64,000 bases of DNA from an uncultured Verrucomicrobiae bacterium (GCA_963702845.1 OY969763.1:1984001-2048000), one strand, 5' to 3'. Shown: positions 7,799 through 16,502, numbered from the stretch's first letter. Numbers and translations are program-made. Notes: generated by a model not told the origin, from the sequence alone.

Positions 7799-9313
7799 GT
7801 CGGGGAGTTTGCCCTGTTTATTTAATGCTATAATCAGGCCAAGAATCTCCCCACAGGTTCGAGGTCTGTCACGTTGTGGGGGACAACCACTTATTTTATT
7901 CCGATTTGCGATCTCATGAAACGGAGATTGGAGCTTTAATTCTAGGTTTTTTGCCGTTGCCTGCCAGTTCGAGGTAAGAGTTTTGAGCATTTCACGTTTT
8001 TCTTCTGGGATTGCCATTTGGTAGCTCAACCAAGCGTTTCCTGCCAGTTCGAGGAATTTTTCTACGCGACTCATATTTCGCCCGTTCGAGCGTTCACAGC
8101 GCGCTAGTTGTTCTTCAAATGTTTTCTGTTCAAGGAGCAGAGCCTTTTTCTTTTGCTCAAAGAGTTCTTTGTCTAACACCTGGTCTAAATAGGCGTCGGT
8201 CAGGCGACTGAGACGTTCTTTTGCTTGGCCTAGCTGCATTTTCAATGCCCCTAACTGGGCTTCACGTTCGCTCTCCCAGTTTCCCTTCAGGCGCTTAACT
8301 TCCGTTTTGAAAAATTCCTTTTCTTGATCGTTGAAAGTCATCAGTCGAATCAATTCTTCAATTGCCACGCTGATGTCTTCTTCTCGAAAGCTGGTTGCGG
8401 GACACGCTCGGGTGTGACAGCGATAGTAGGCATGGCCCTTTTGTCGCTCGCCGATGAGCGAGTATTCACATGTGGCGCAGCGAACCATCCTACGGAATAG
8501 GAACACATGACGCTGTGTTTTTGCGCCACATTTGCCCGAAAGAACCGCTTGGACGCGATCAAAGAGCGCTCTCGTGACTAGGGGCGCGTGAATGCCGGAG
8601 AATGTTTCGTCCGTTTTGCGTATGCGGATTAAGCCCATGTAAAACGGGTTGTTAAGTATAACTGACAGGGAATTCCTGTTGACGCTTCCGCCCTTGCGTT
8701 GCCGCAGTCCACGTTTTTCTAACTCGATGCGCAGGGCCTCCAACGAAAAGCGCCCGCTTCCGTAAAGTTCAAAGACTTGGCGGACAAGCGGCCCCATAAC
8801 CGGATCAATGGTTTTTGGCTGTGCTTTTCCGCGGTCAACATAACCAATCGGCGCTTGAAGCGGATATAAGCCTTGTTTCAGGCGGCCATAGAAACCTTTG
8901 CGGGTCTCTTCGCGTAGGTTGCGAATGTAGTCAGCGGCAACTACTGCCTGGATGTCGGCGGAGAGCCGCCCGCCTCGTGTTTGTAGGTCAATGCTTTCAT
9001 TAACAAAGTGGACTTCAACTCCTTGATCTGAAAGTTCACCGATTGCTGCCCAATCGCGCAGGTTACGCGCGCCACGATCGAGCTTGTGAAGAATGATTCC
9101 TTGAGCTTTACCGGTGCGCAGAAGTTTCAGTGCCTGGTTGAACACCGGACGGCCTTGTTTTGCTGCGGTTTCCATTTCCTCGAGCCATGTCGTGATTGTG
9201 AACTGGTGCTGGTTTGCGTAGCGAGAAATAGCGTCTCGCTGTTCCTGAAGCGACACGCCTTGCGTCCCTTGTTTTACGGTGGAAACCCGTATGTAGCCGA
9301 TATATCCCTGCAT
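7742..9313 (-). CDS. Large serine recombinase (integrase)
   Basis: YIRVST catalytic Ser motif, KLDRGAR, recombinase domain (APIGY, LNNPFYMG), Zn ribbon CATC..YYRCHTRAC, coiled coil. Confidence 0.97.
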   Translation of the reverse strand: MQGYIGYIRVSTVKQGTQGVSLQEQRDAISRYANQHQFTITTWLEEMETAAKQGRPVFNQALKLLRTGKAQGIILHKLDRGARNLRDWAAIGELSDQGVEVHFVNESIDLQTRGGRLSADIQAVVAADYIRNLREETRKGFYGRLKQGLYPLQAPIGYVDRGKAQPKTIDPVMGPLVRQVFELYGSGRFSLEALRIELEKRGLRQRKGGSVNRNSLSVILNNPFYMGLIRIRKTDETFSGIHAPLVTRALFDRVQAVLSGKCGAKTQRHVFLFRRMVRCATCEYSLIGERQKGHAYYRCHTRACPATSFREEDISVAIEELIRLMTFNDQEKEFFKTEVKRLKGNWESEREAQLGALKMQLGQAKERLSRLTDAYLDQVLDKELFEQKKKALLLEQKTFEEQLARCERSNGRNMSRVEKFLELAGNAWLSYQMAIPEEKREMLKTLTSNWQATAKNLELKLQSPFHEIANRNKISGCPPQRDRPRTCGEILGLIIALNKQGKLPDLATAMGCGENSDSDTVWN

Positions 9314-9324
9314 GAAATTTGCTG

Positions 9325-9531
9325 TTACCCGGAAGGCGGGGTACAGGGTAACGTACCGGTACCAGCGGTCAACTGGCCCTTCTGTGGATTGGATTCGATG
9401 CGTTCAAAAACGCGCAACACGAGAGCCAGATACCGATGCAAGCTGTCCTCAGCTTGGCGCAATTCGTCTTCGCTTAAATCGGGATACAATTCACGAATTT
9501 GTGGAGTGGTTTTGTCCACGTTTAATGGCAA
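9325..9531 (-). CDS. Small helical hypothetical protein upstream of the recombinase
   Basis: IRELYPDLSEDELRQAEDSLHRYLALVLRVFERI; co-oriented, stop 11 nt before the recombinase start; true start uncertain. Confidence 0.6.
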   Translation of the reverse strand: MPLNVDKTTPQIRELYPDLSEDELRQAEDSLHRYLALVLRVFERIESNPQKGQLTAGTGTLPCTPPSG

Positions 9532-9537
9532 AGCACT

Positions 9538-9711
9538 TTAGTTGTCGTTCCCGCCCTCCTTTTTCGCGTTAAAGACGACTCCGAAGAACCGTAGCAAACG
9601 CACGGCCATTTTCTGCACCTGTTTGTCCGTAAGCAAAATCCCGAATACTTCTTTATAAGCGGCCTTGAACTCCTCGATAGCCTCGCGACCCAGTTGTTGT
9701 TGTGTTTTCAT
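9538..9711 (-). CDS. 57-aa hypothetical protein (below ORF-track cutoff)
   Basis: Manual translation MKTQQQLGREAIEEFKAAYKEVFGILLTDKQVQKMAVRLLRFFGVVFNAKKEGGNDN; resembles the N-terminus of the 1831 HTH protein. Confidence 0.7.
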   Translation of the reverse strand: MKTQQQLGREAIEEFKAAYKEVFGILLTDKQVQKMAVRLLRFFGVVFNAKKEGGNDN

Positions 9712-9739
9712 GTGTCCACATTAACGCGTGGAAAATACC

Positions 9740-9900
9740 CCGCCCAGACACGGCGGTATGCCGAATTCGACAACTTGTTCATTATCGTATGCTTGACAGA
9801 ATTATGAATATGTGTTATAAACCCACACTGACTGCGCCGGAATGCGCGGGTTTTTGTTTATAGGACTTGCCGAAAACGGCAAATGGCAGTGTCTGGGCGG
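9740..9900. repeat. 34-bp imperfect inverted repeats (9740-9773 and 9867-9900) flanking a promoter
   Basis: CCGCCCAGACAC at 9740-9751 is the exact reverse complement of 9889-9900; 27/34 match overall. Confidence 0.85.
9793..9821 (+). promoter_or_regulatory. Near-consensus sigma70 promoter TTGACA-N17-TATAAA with extended -10
   Basis: TTGACA 9793-9798, TG 9813-9814, TATAAA 9816-9821. Confidence 0.75.
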
Positions 9901-9951
9901 ATAGGCCCAAGCTGCGTAATCTTCATCCTGAACTCTCAGGGAGTTTTCACT

Positions 9952-10311
9952 ATGGCTTCTCGTCGTCTTTCAAATTACCTGGTCTCAGAAAGGAAGCGCC
10001 TTGCTCTTTCACAAGAGGAGGTGGCTTTCATGCTGGGTAAAAAGACAGGAGAGCAGGTATCGCGTCATGAGTGCTTCTCGCTGGTGCCGACGCTCGAGAC
10101 CGCGCTCCAATACGAAGCGATATACAAAAAACCGGTCAGCGAACTGTTCGCCGGGCTGTTTGATAACGCGCAAGCGGATGTTGCTGATCGCGCGGAACTA
10201 TTGTCAAATCGCGAGCGAAGGACAAAGGGAAAGGAGCGGAATGCCATAAAGAAGCAGCTGTTTGAGGGTCTCGCCTTCGGGGAAATTCTGAAAAATCATG
10301 GGCAAAAATAA
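9952..10311 (+). CDS. XRE-family HTH transcriptional regulator
   Basis: LSNYLVSERKRLALSQEEVAFMLG..VSRHE..PTL; SD-like AGGGAG upstream of ATG 9952. Confidence 0.85.
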   Translation: MASRRLSNYLVSERKRLALSQEEVAFMLGKKTGEQVSRHECFSLVPTLETALQYEAIYKKPVSELFAGLFDNAQADVADRAELLSNRERRTKGKERNAIKKQLFEGLAFGEILKNHGQK

Positions 10312-10827
10312 ACACCAACTTCAACGTGTTCTCGGGCTCGCCGTTTCGAGTCGCGGCTTTGGCTATGCGCTCTTTGAAGGAGAGAAATTGGTCAATTGGG
10401 GCTTTGCCTCAACTAAACAAAAGCAGAATGTCAACGCGTGGTGTGCAAAGCGGATCGAGAGAATGGTTAAACAGTATGAGCCGGATGTGATTGTAATCGA
10501 AAGCGTATTTGCAAACGGTGCTGTCCGTTCGCCGCGTGTTCGCCGGCTTGCGAAACAGATTGAAGTGATAGCAGGTAGACGACAGTCGCGCGTTAAATCA
10601 TTTTCGAAACTTCACGTGATCAAATCCGTCTGCGGAACCGTATCAGCGACGAGGCACGACATGGCTGACAAAGTTTCCAAACTATATCCAAACGAACTCT
10701 CATTTCGTTTACCCAAGCGGCGCGGAACCTCGTATCCGAAGACCGTCGTATTCGCATGTTTGAGGCTGTGGCTTTAGCACTTCTCGTAGTAAAAGGACGA
10801 AGCTGCACGCCTGTGGATGATTTTTAG
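10298..10827 (+). CDS. RuvC/RNase H-fold resolvase-like protein, 1-bp frameshift near 10730
   Basis: RVLGLAVSSRGFGYA..PDVIVIE pattern; the C-terminal SEDRRIRMFEAVALAL motif is in the adjacent frame ending at TAG 10825-10827. Confidence 0.65.
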
Positions 10828-11079
10828 TCGGTTGCTGAACTGGGGGCGAAGTGAAAATAGCGCACAATTTTTATGTTTTTCGTTTTTGTGCTTGCTGGAA
10901 AAACCTACCAGCGTATAAGGGTTCCCACTAAATTAAAGTTCGCAACCAAAACGAAAGTAAAGCCAACAAAAACAACAACCAAAGAATCCGTTTCTGAATT
11001 CGGTCTGACGCCCCAAACAACGCTGCGGTTTCCACTTACGGGCTTCTTGAGCTGATCCATTAACGGTGGTTCTATTTCT

Positions 11080-13734
11080 ATGAAATTTGGAGCGTTTCTT
11101 ACCACACTGATCCTTTCTGTCTTCGGTTTCCACGCCGCTAATGCTGATGTCGTTGTTGGCGGAGCTGCAGTCGTACCTGCGATTTGGTCGCAACCTTTAA
11201 GCCAGACGACCGGATTCGGGACTGACGTGACTTTCACAGCCGGTGTCACTGCGGACAGTCCGACATACCAATGGTTCAAGAACGGAGCGCCTCTCGCCGA
11301 CTACAACAACATCGCGGGATCGAGCTCGGCCATGCTTCATGTCGTTGGCGCGGCGCTTGATGACGCGGGAAGTTACAGCCTAATCGTGACGAGCGCGGCG
11401 GGGCTTTCCAGCACCAGCACTGTTGCGACGCTATCAATTAACCAAAAACTCGTCTTCGCAGACGATTTCGAAAGTGGGCTGGCCAACTGGAAGGCGGGCT
11501 ACGATTCAGTAATGTTGAATTGGGATACGAATGTTAACCATACGCCTGGCGGCACCAGCTCGGCATTGGCGTCGGGAAAACCGAGCAGAATGCATCATAG
11601 CCTGGCAAAGAAACTGCACGGTCGACTGCAACTCTCGTTCTGGATGTATGACGACGGAGTGAGCAAGATGGCTGTAGGAGAGGTCTGTGGCTATTCGGGC
11701 GAGAATGGCTATGGTCGCTACGCCATTCACGACGGATTCGGCCTGATCCAGTCACTGGGCATTGGTTACCGTTCCTTCACCGGAACGAACGTTGAGGCGC
11801 GCGCCGAACAATTGGATGCGACGAAGTATCAGGCACATGTTTTGCGAGGACCGGGACATGGCTGGTTCAACCTGAGTGCGCCTGGAGCGCCGACCCGGTC
11901 CCGCGGCTGGCATAAGTTTGAGATACGGCGGTCGAAGGACGAGCACATTATCGACTTCTACGTCGACGGTGTTCTTGGTCGGCGAATCCGCGAGGCGCGG
12001 TCTGCGGACCTCGACACCATTATCGTGGGATCGTGGGGAGCACTGGGGCAAGGGGACGGGTCGGGAGCAACTGGAGTCTGCAGCTTTGATGACATTGCGC
12101 TTGAGGCGTATCCCGCTACGTTCGACTACGAATCATCGGCACAGAGTGGTCCCGTGCCCACGATCATGCAGCTTCGGGAAACCGGCACGAACGGGGCAGT
12201 TTCCGGCGTCACTGCGGTTACGGCTGTGGAACTGGCTGGCTCGGCCGCACAAGCCATAGCCGGCAAATGGGAAGCGATAAGCACGGGCATGCTCGCGACA
12301 GACGTTCGCGGACAACTTGCGTATTCGATCACCGTTCCGTCAGACGACGTATACCGCATTGAAATCGAAGGTCGTGAAGAGTCCGGACGCATGCCCGAAG
12401 TAGATTTACCGCTCAACGTGTCGATGGACGGAGAATATTTGGGCCATTTCAATTTGGAGTATCACAGGCAGACGAGCGGCCGCGTTCATTGTTTCACGCC
12501 GTTCATCCGAGCGGGAGTGCACAACGTGGTGATCGAATGGGACAACGCCCGTCCTCGCCGAGCGCTTTACCTAACTGCTGTACGCCTGCAATCGCTGCCG
12601 AGTTCTGTCGTCGCCAACAACGGTATTAAGCAGTGGGTCGTTAATAGATTGTCGGCTGAATGCGGACTGGAAGTGATTCCCCGAGCAAGCAAGGTTTCTC
12701 CAGTCTGCATCGAAGGCCGGGCGCGCTATCATAAAAATATGACCGTGCTGGCGGGCGAGCAGTATCCGCTCGCGCCAGTGACAGCCCATCACGGTACGGG
12801 ATATCGCTGGTATGCGAACGTTCCGTTGTCCGCTACGAACGTGACCGCAGTGGAAGTCTCGTATCAAAGCGGAGTTGTATCCGAAACCAACACCATTGTG
12901 TGGGAGCCGACGGACGTTCTCACGGAAGCCGATATGCAGATTCGAAAAGGAGATTCACTAATCTTCAACGCGGTTCCCGCAGGTGTTTCAAACGGCACGT
13001 TCAGGATCAGCATCAATTCGCAAAGCATCAATGCTGACGCGTTGAGCGTGGTTCCGTACCGGTTTTCTCAGCCGGGCACCTACACTGTCACCGGAACGTA
13101 TCTGAATTCTGGCGCATCGCGCTCGATAAACGTGCATGTGATTGACGCTTCGCTGCCCCGCATTGTGGCGGTGGTGGGATGGCGAGCGCATTGGTATTGC
13201 ACGAATCTGCCGCCTGAAGTCGTCATAGACAGCGATCCTCGAATATTACTCGGCACTCCGCAGGGCATACGTCCAAAGCGAGTTATTCAGAAGACCGCTG
13301 CGCCTGCTGCGCCGCAGGGTGAAAACGCACGTGATTTCAACATTCGCAACGCCTCGACTGAAGAACCTCGGTATGTCGTGGCGCGATTGGGAACGAATGG
13401 TCCGATCATGGCCAGCGCGACTATACAGGGTATCAAGTTTGCCATTCCACCTGAGACGCAGCTGCGAGTGATGGACCGTAAAGAGGATGGCACGCAACTC
13501 ATCGAAGGTACGTATCTCGTCAATCCGATGCTGCCGACGCTGACTGTCGGTTTCCGAATCGCGACTGCCGGAGTGACTTTCGATGACGGCACGGTCCAGA
13601 AGCTTTTGACGCCGACAGACTTCGACGGCCTGGGTCTTTGCAGGCTTCGTTTCGTGCGAAGCACGGGCGTTCAGGGAAGCGTCTGTCACGACATGCAGGT
13701 GTACGAGAATGGCGTTCTGATCAATCACAAATGA
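11080..13734 (+). CDS. Secreted multidomain protein (signal peptide, Ig-like, lectin/CBM-like beta domains)
   Basis: Signal peptide ..HAANA; Ig-like SQPLSQ..YQWFKNG..DAGSY; FADDFESG lectin-like start. Confidence 0.8.
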   Translation: MKFGAFLTTLILSVFGFHAANADVVVGGAAVVPAIWSQPLSQTTGFGTDVTFTAGVTADSPTYQWFKNGAPLADYNNIAGSSSAMLHVVGAALDDAGSYSLIVTSAAGLSSTSTVATLSINQKLVFADDFESGLANWKAGYDSVMLNWDTNVNHTPGGTSSALASGKPSRMHHSLAKKLHGRLQLSFWMYDDGVSKMAVGEVCGYSGENGYGRYAIHDGFGLIQSLGIGYRSFTGTNVEARAEQLDATKYQAHVLRGPGHGWFNLSAPGAPTRSRGWHKFEIRRSKDEHIIDFYVDGVLGRRIREARSADLDTIIVGSWGALGQGDGSGATGVCSFDDIALEAYPATFDYESSAQSGPVPTIMQLRETGTNGAVSGVTAVTAVELAGSAAQAIAGKWEAISTGMLATDVRGQLAYSITVPSDDVYRIEIEGREESGRMPEVDLPLNVSMDGEYLGHFNLEYHRQTSGRVHCFTPFIRAGVHNVVIEWDNARPRRALYLTAVRLQSLPSSVVANNGIKQWVVNRLSAECGLEVIPRASKVSPVCIEGRARYHKNMTVLAGEQYPLAPVTAHHGTGYRWYANVPLSATNVTAVEVSYQSGVVSETNTIVWEPTDVLTEADMQIRKGDSLIFNAVPAGVSNGTFRISINSQSINADALSVVPYRFSQPGTYTVTGTYLNSGASRSINVHVIDASLPRIVAVVGWRAHWYCTNLPPEVVIDSDPRILLGTPQGIRPKRVIQKTAAPAAPQGENARDFNIRNASTEEPRYVVARLGTNGPIMASATIQGIKFAIPPETQLRVMDRKEDGTQLIEGTYLVNPMLPTLTVGFRIATAGVTFDDGTVQKLLTPTDFDGLGLCRLRFVRSTGVQGSVCHDMQVYENGVLINHK

Positions 13735-14630
13735 GCCGGTCTCTCGTCATCCGTTGTTTGCTAAGCCTGCATGTCTGCGCTGCGGGAGTGCTTCCTTGTC
13801 GGGCGCTTGAGCAGTTGTCGACCAACTTTAACGGCCAGGCTCTTTCGGTGCGCGTCTTAGCGAAAAAACTGGCCTCAACCGACAATCGCAAGGTGTGGCT
13901 TATTTGTGACAGCGACGCTGAGATAGGCGTTCGGCTTGATGCTGCGCGCACACTGGGTAATGAACTGAAAACGGCAGATGTCCGGGCCTTGTATGATTTC
14001 CTAAAAGCTCACCCCGACCGTTCGGAGCGGAATCTCGCCGGCTTGCGGTTTCTTAAAAATGAGGTTTTCGGAACGTTAATAGAGCAGACCGTCCCGCCCG
14101 CGGGGCTGGCCGAAGCCATGGCTGTGGTGTGGGCGGATCATGAGCAGGACATCGTCGCGCGAGACTATGCAATTCAACACATGGCTGTTTGGTACGATGA
14201 CAATCCCGAACGAAAGGATTCCGATCGGGCGCTGATTCGCGACGTGCTCCTGCGGGCTGCGCACGAGCAAAGCAGCCTGGCCGGAACGGCTCTTATCGGA
14301 CTGCATCATGTCTCGGCATTTGATTCCGACATTAAGAGCCGAACTGTAGATGACCTCGCGTTCCAAATGGCAGCTTCAATTTCTATGCCGGATACCGCCA
14401 GGATTACCGCAGTGCAAATCTGCGCACAACGCCGAATTGTCGCGGCGACTCCGGTAATCGAGCAGATCTTGAAGGACTCACAGAACCCTACGTTGCGTCT
14501 TTCCGCCATGTCCGCATTGAACACGCTTCGCGGGGCAACGGGCGGTTACAGCGACATCGAGCATGGCGCGCTCAGCGATTTTTCCGCTCGATCTCGGAAC
14601 CAACAACGTCAGGACTCAACACCGTTCTAA
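13731..14630 (+). CDS. Exported HEAT/ARM-repeat-like protein
   Basis: ATGA overlap with upstream stop; helical repeats VRLDAARTLG, ARITAVQI, LRLSAMSAL. Confidence 0.65.
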   Translation: MSRSLVIRCLLSLHVCAAGVLPCRALEQLSTNFNGQALSVRVLAKKLASTDNRKVWLICDSDAEIGVRLDAARTLGNELKTADVRALYDFLKAHPDRSERNLAGLRFLKNEVFGTLIEQTVPPAGLAEAMAVVWADHEQDIVARDYAIQHMAVWYDDNPERKDSDRALIRDVLLRAAHEQSSLAGTALIGLHHVSAFDSDIKSRTVDDLAFQMAASISMPDTARITAVQICAQRRIVAATPVIEQILKDSQNPTLRLSAMSALNTLRGATGGYSDIEHGALSDFSARSRNQQRQDSTPF

Positions 14631-14643
14631 TCGAGTACCACGC

Positions 14644-16491
14644 ATGAATAAAATAGCATTAGCAGCAATCGTCACATTGCTGGCCGTTCTTCGGTCTGAG
14701 GCGCGGCTTCCAAATGGTTGCGCGTATGATAGGAGCACCAACTGCACCGTTGAGCCAAGCTTCGCGCTGTCACTTGCCGCGCCAGCTGGCGGCAATACCT
14801 GGCCTATCTACAACTACGGCGACACGGTTAATGCCAAAGCGTTAATCGTGACCAATTGGGGCGAACTTACGATCTTCACGACAAACGAAGACTGCTCTTG
14901 GTTTCCGACGCTGGTTCTCACCAACTCGCACGTGGTATCGTCTTCCTGGATCGCGGTCGGACCCGATTCGAGCTATACGAACACTGGCTCCGGACTGACG
15001 GCGAGCTTCACTGCTACGCACGGCGTCGGCGTCGGCGATATTACTTTTTATCTGACGTTCAGCAATAGTTTGCCATGTACGAACCTTCAGGCGACTTCTC
15101 TCCACGTTCATTACCAAGCGCAGACCAACGACGTGATCGAAGGCAATTGCGCGAGCGATACCCCGGTGCTTCTCAGCGCCTGGGGGTTTGACCCGCCGTT
15201 ATCGCTGTGGTCGGGCGAGAGTAACGCTAATGACAGCGTAGGGACATATAACGGGACGTGGATCGGCTCGGCTAGTTATACGAACGGGATTGTGGGGGCA
15301 GCATTCTATTTTAACGGCAGCAGTTACGTGTCATGTGGCACAAATGTAGGCAACTTTGGGACCAACGATTTTACAATTGATTTTTGGGTCAAGACGACAC
15401 AAACCGGCTCATCATACATTGTCGGCAAGCGTCCCATATGCAACCTCGCCAATTTGTGGAATGTCCGCATGGTTGACGGTCACCTTTATCTTGAATCGAT
15501 TGAAAATACCTCTGGCTATGCGTTTACGACGCTCATTTCTGATTCCACCGTCAACGATGGGGTGTTTCATCATGTGACCATCACGCGAGATGGCGCGTTG
15601 CAGGCTATATACATCGACGATGCATTTGACAATGCAATCGAATCGGATGCCATCGCCAATCTGAACAATAATGTGGAACTATGGGTCGGACATAATGTCT
15701 GCGGCGGCAGCTTCGTTGGCGTTGTCGACGAACTCAGCATTCTTACTGGCAGTGCCAGTCCTTGGGTTGGCAGTCGTGGGCAAGGCCCTCTTGTTATTAC
15801 GAACATCCAGCAGAGGCCGAGTCCGTGGGGCAACAGTCTTCAAGTGGACAGTTCGACGAACGCCAGCTTGAGCTATCGGTATTTCGATGAAGACGGAATC
15901 GCGAACATCAACTGCAAGTCCGGTGCTGTACGATTTTGGATAAAGCCGAACTGGAACGGCGGAACAGGCCCTGGTAGTCCCGGCAGACTGATCGAAATGG
16001 GCGACACCAACTCGACCAGCGGCTGGTGGTCTCTTTCGGTGAACTCTTCCGGAAATCAGATTTCGTTCCAAACCAAGTCCAACGGAAATCTCACCACCTA
16101 TTTTACACAGTCGATCAGCGACTGGAATTCCGGCTATTGGTACCACATCGTCCTCAACTACGCGGCTGATCAAACCGCGCTTTACACAAACGGCATCTTG
16201 GCGCAGACGGGGATCGGACTCACGAATTACCCGACCTTAGCCACTCGTGAGGCGTATGGCTTCAGTATAGGCAGCGACCACTCTGGAGCCAATCGTTCTG
16301 CTTCGAGATTTGATGAGTTCGCCACCTTCTGCGCCCCTCTGAGTGCAGAGGACATCCTGGATGACTATGTCAACGGTCTGATGAGTTCAACCGTGGGGGT
16401 TGGAACCGGTATTCCCGATTGGGATACCTACAACCAACTGCACGCCACAACCAATAACGGAGCACTCGAAGTGTTTACTCCGTTGAAGTAA
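14644..16491 (+). CDS. Secreted LamG/concanavalin-like jellyroll domain protein (two domains)
   Basis: Signal peptide MNKIALAA..; DFTIDFWVKT..VFHHVTITR..IYIDD and WYHIVLNY..LYTNG LamG motifs. Confidence 0.85.
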   Translation: MNKIALAAIVTLLAVLRSEARLPNGCAYDRSTNCTVEPSFALSLAAPAGGNTWPIYNYGDTVNAKALIVTNWGELTIFTTNEDCSWFPTLVLTNSHVVSSSWIAVGPDSSYTNTGSGLTASFTATHGVGVGDITFYLTFSNSLPCTNLQATSLHVHYQAQTNDVIEGNCASDTPVLLSAWGFDPPLSLWSGESNANDSVGTYNGTWIGSASYTNGIVGAAFYFNGSSYVSCGTNVGNFGTNDFTIDFWVKTTQTGSSYIVGKRPICNLANLWNVRMVDGHLYLESIENTSGYAFTTLISDSTVNDGVFHHVTITRDGALQAIYIDDAFDNAIESDAIANLNNNVELWVGHNVCGGSFVGVVDELSILTGSASPWVGSRGQGPLVITNIQQRPSPWGNSLQVDSSTNASLSYRYFDEDGIANINCKSGAVRFWIKPNWNGGTGPGSPGRLIEMGDTNSTSGWWSLSVNSSGNQISFQTKSNGNLTTYFTQSISDWNSGYWYHIVLNYAADQTALYTNGILAQTGIGLTNYPTLATREAYGFSIGSDHSGANRSASRFDEFATFCAPLSAEDILDDYVNGLMSSTVGVGTGIPDWDTYNQLHATTNNGALEVFTPLK

Positions 16492-16502
16492 CGATCCGCA
16501 AC

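Noticed and set aside
4076..7885. Repeats as a CRISPR array or classical integron attC sites
   Set aside because: Units are 1.7-2.0 kb with repeats of 290-650 bp; no cas genes, no tyrosine integrase, and I did not see attC-type RYYYAAC/GTTRRRY-bounded hairpins at the junctions.
10298..10827. RuvC-like gene as TnpB/Cas12/IscB RNA-guided nuclease
   Set aside because: About 176 aa, no Zn finger or REC/WED regions, no guide array seen.
10873..11055. 60-aa K/T-rich ORF
   Set aside because: A-rich intergenic leader upstream of the secreted-protein operon; no RBS or recognisable motif.
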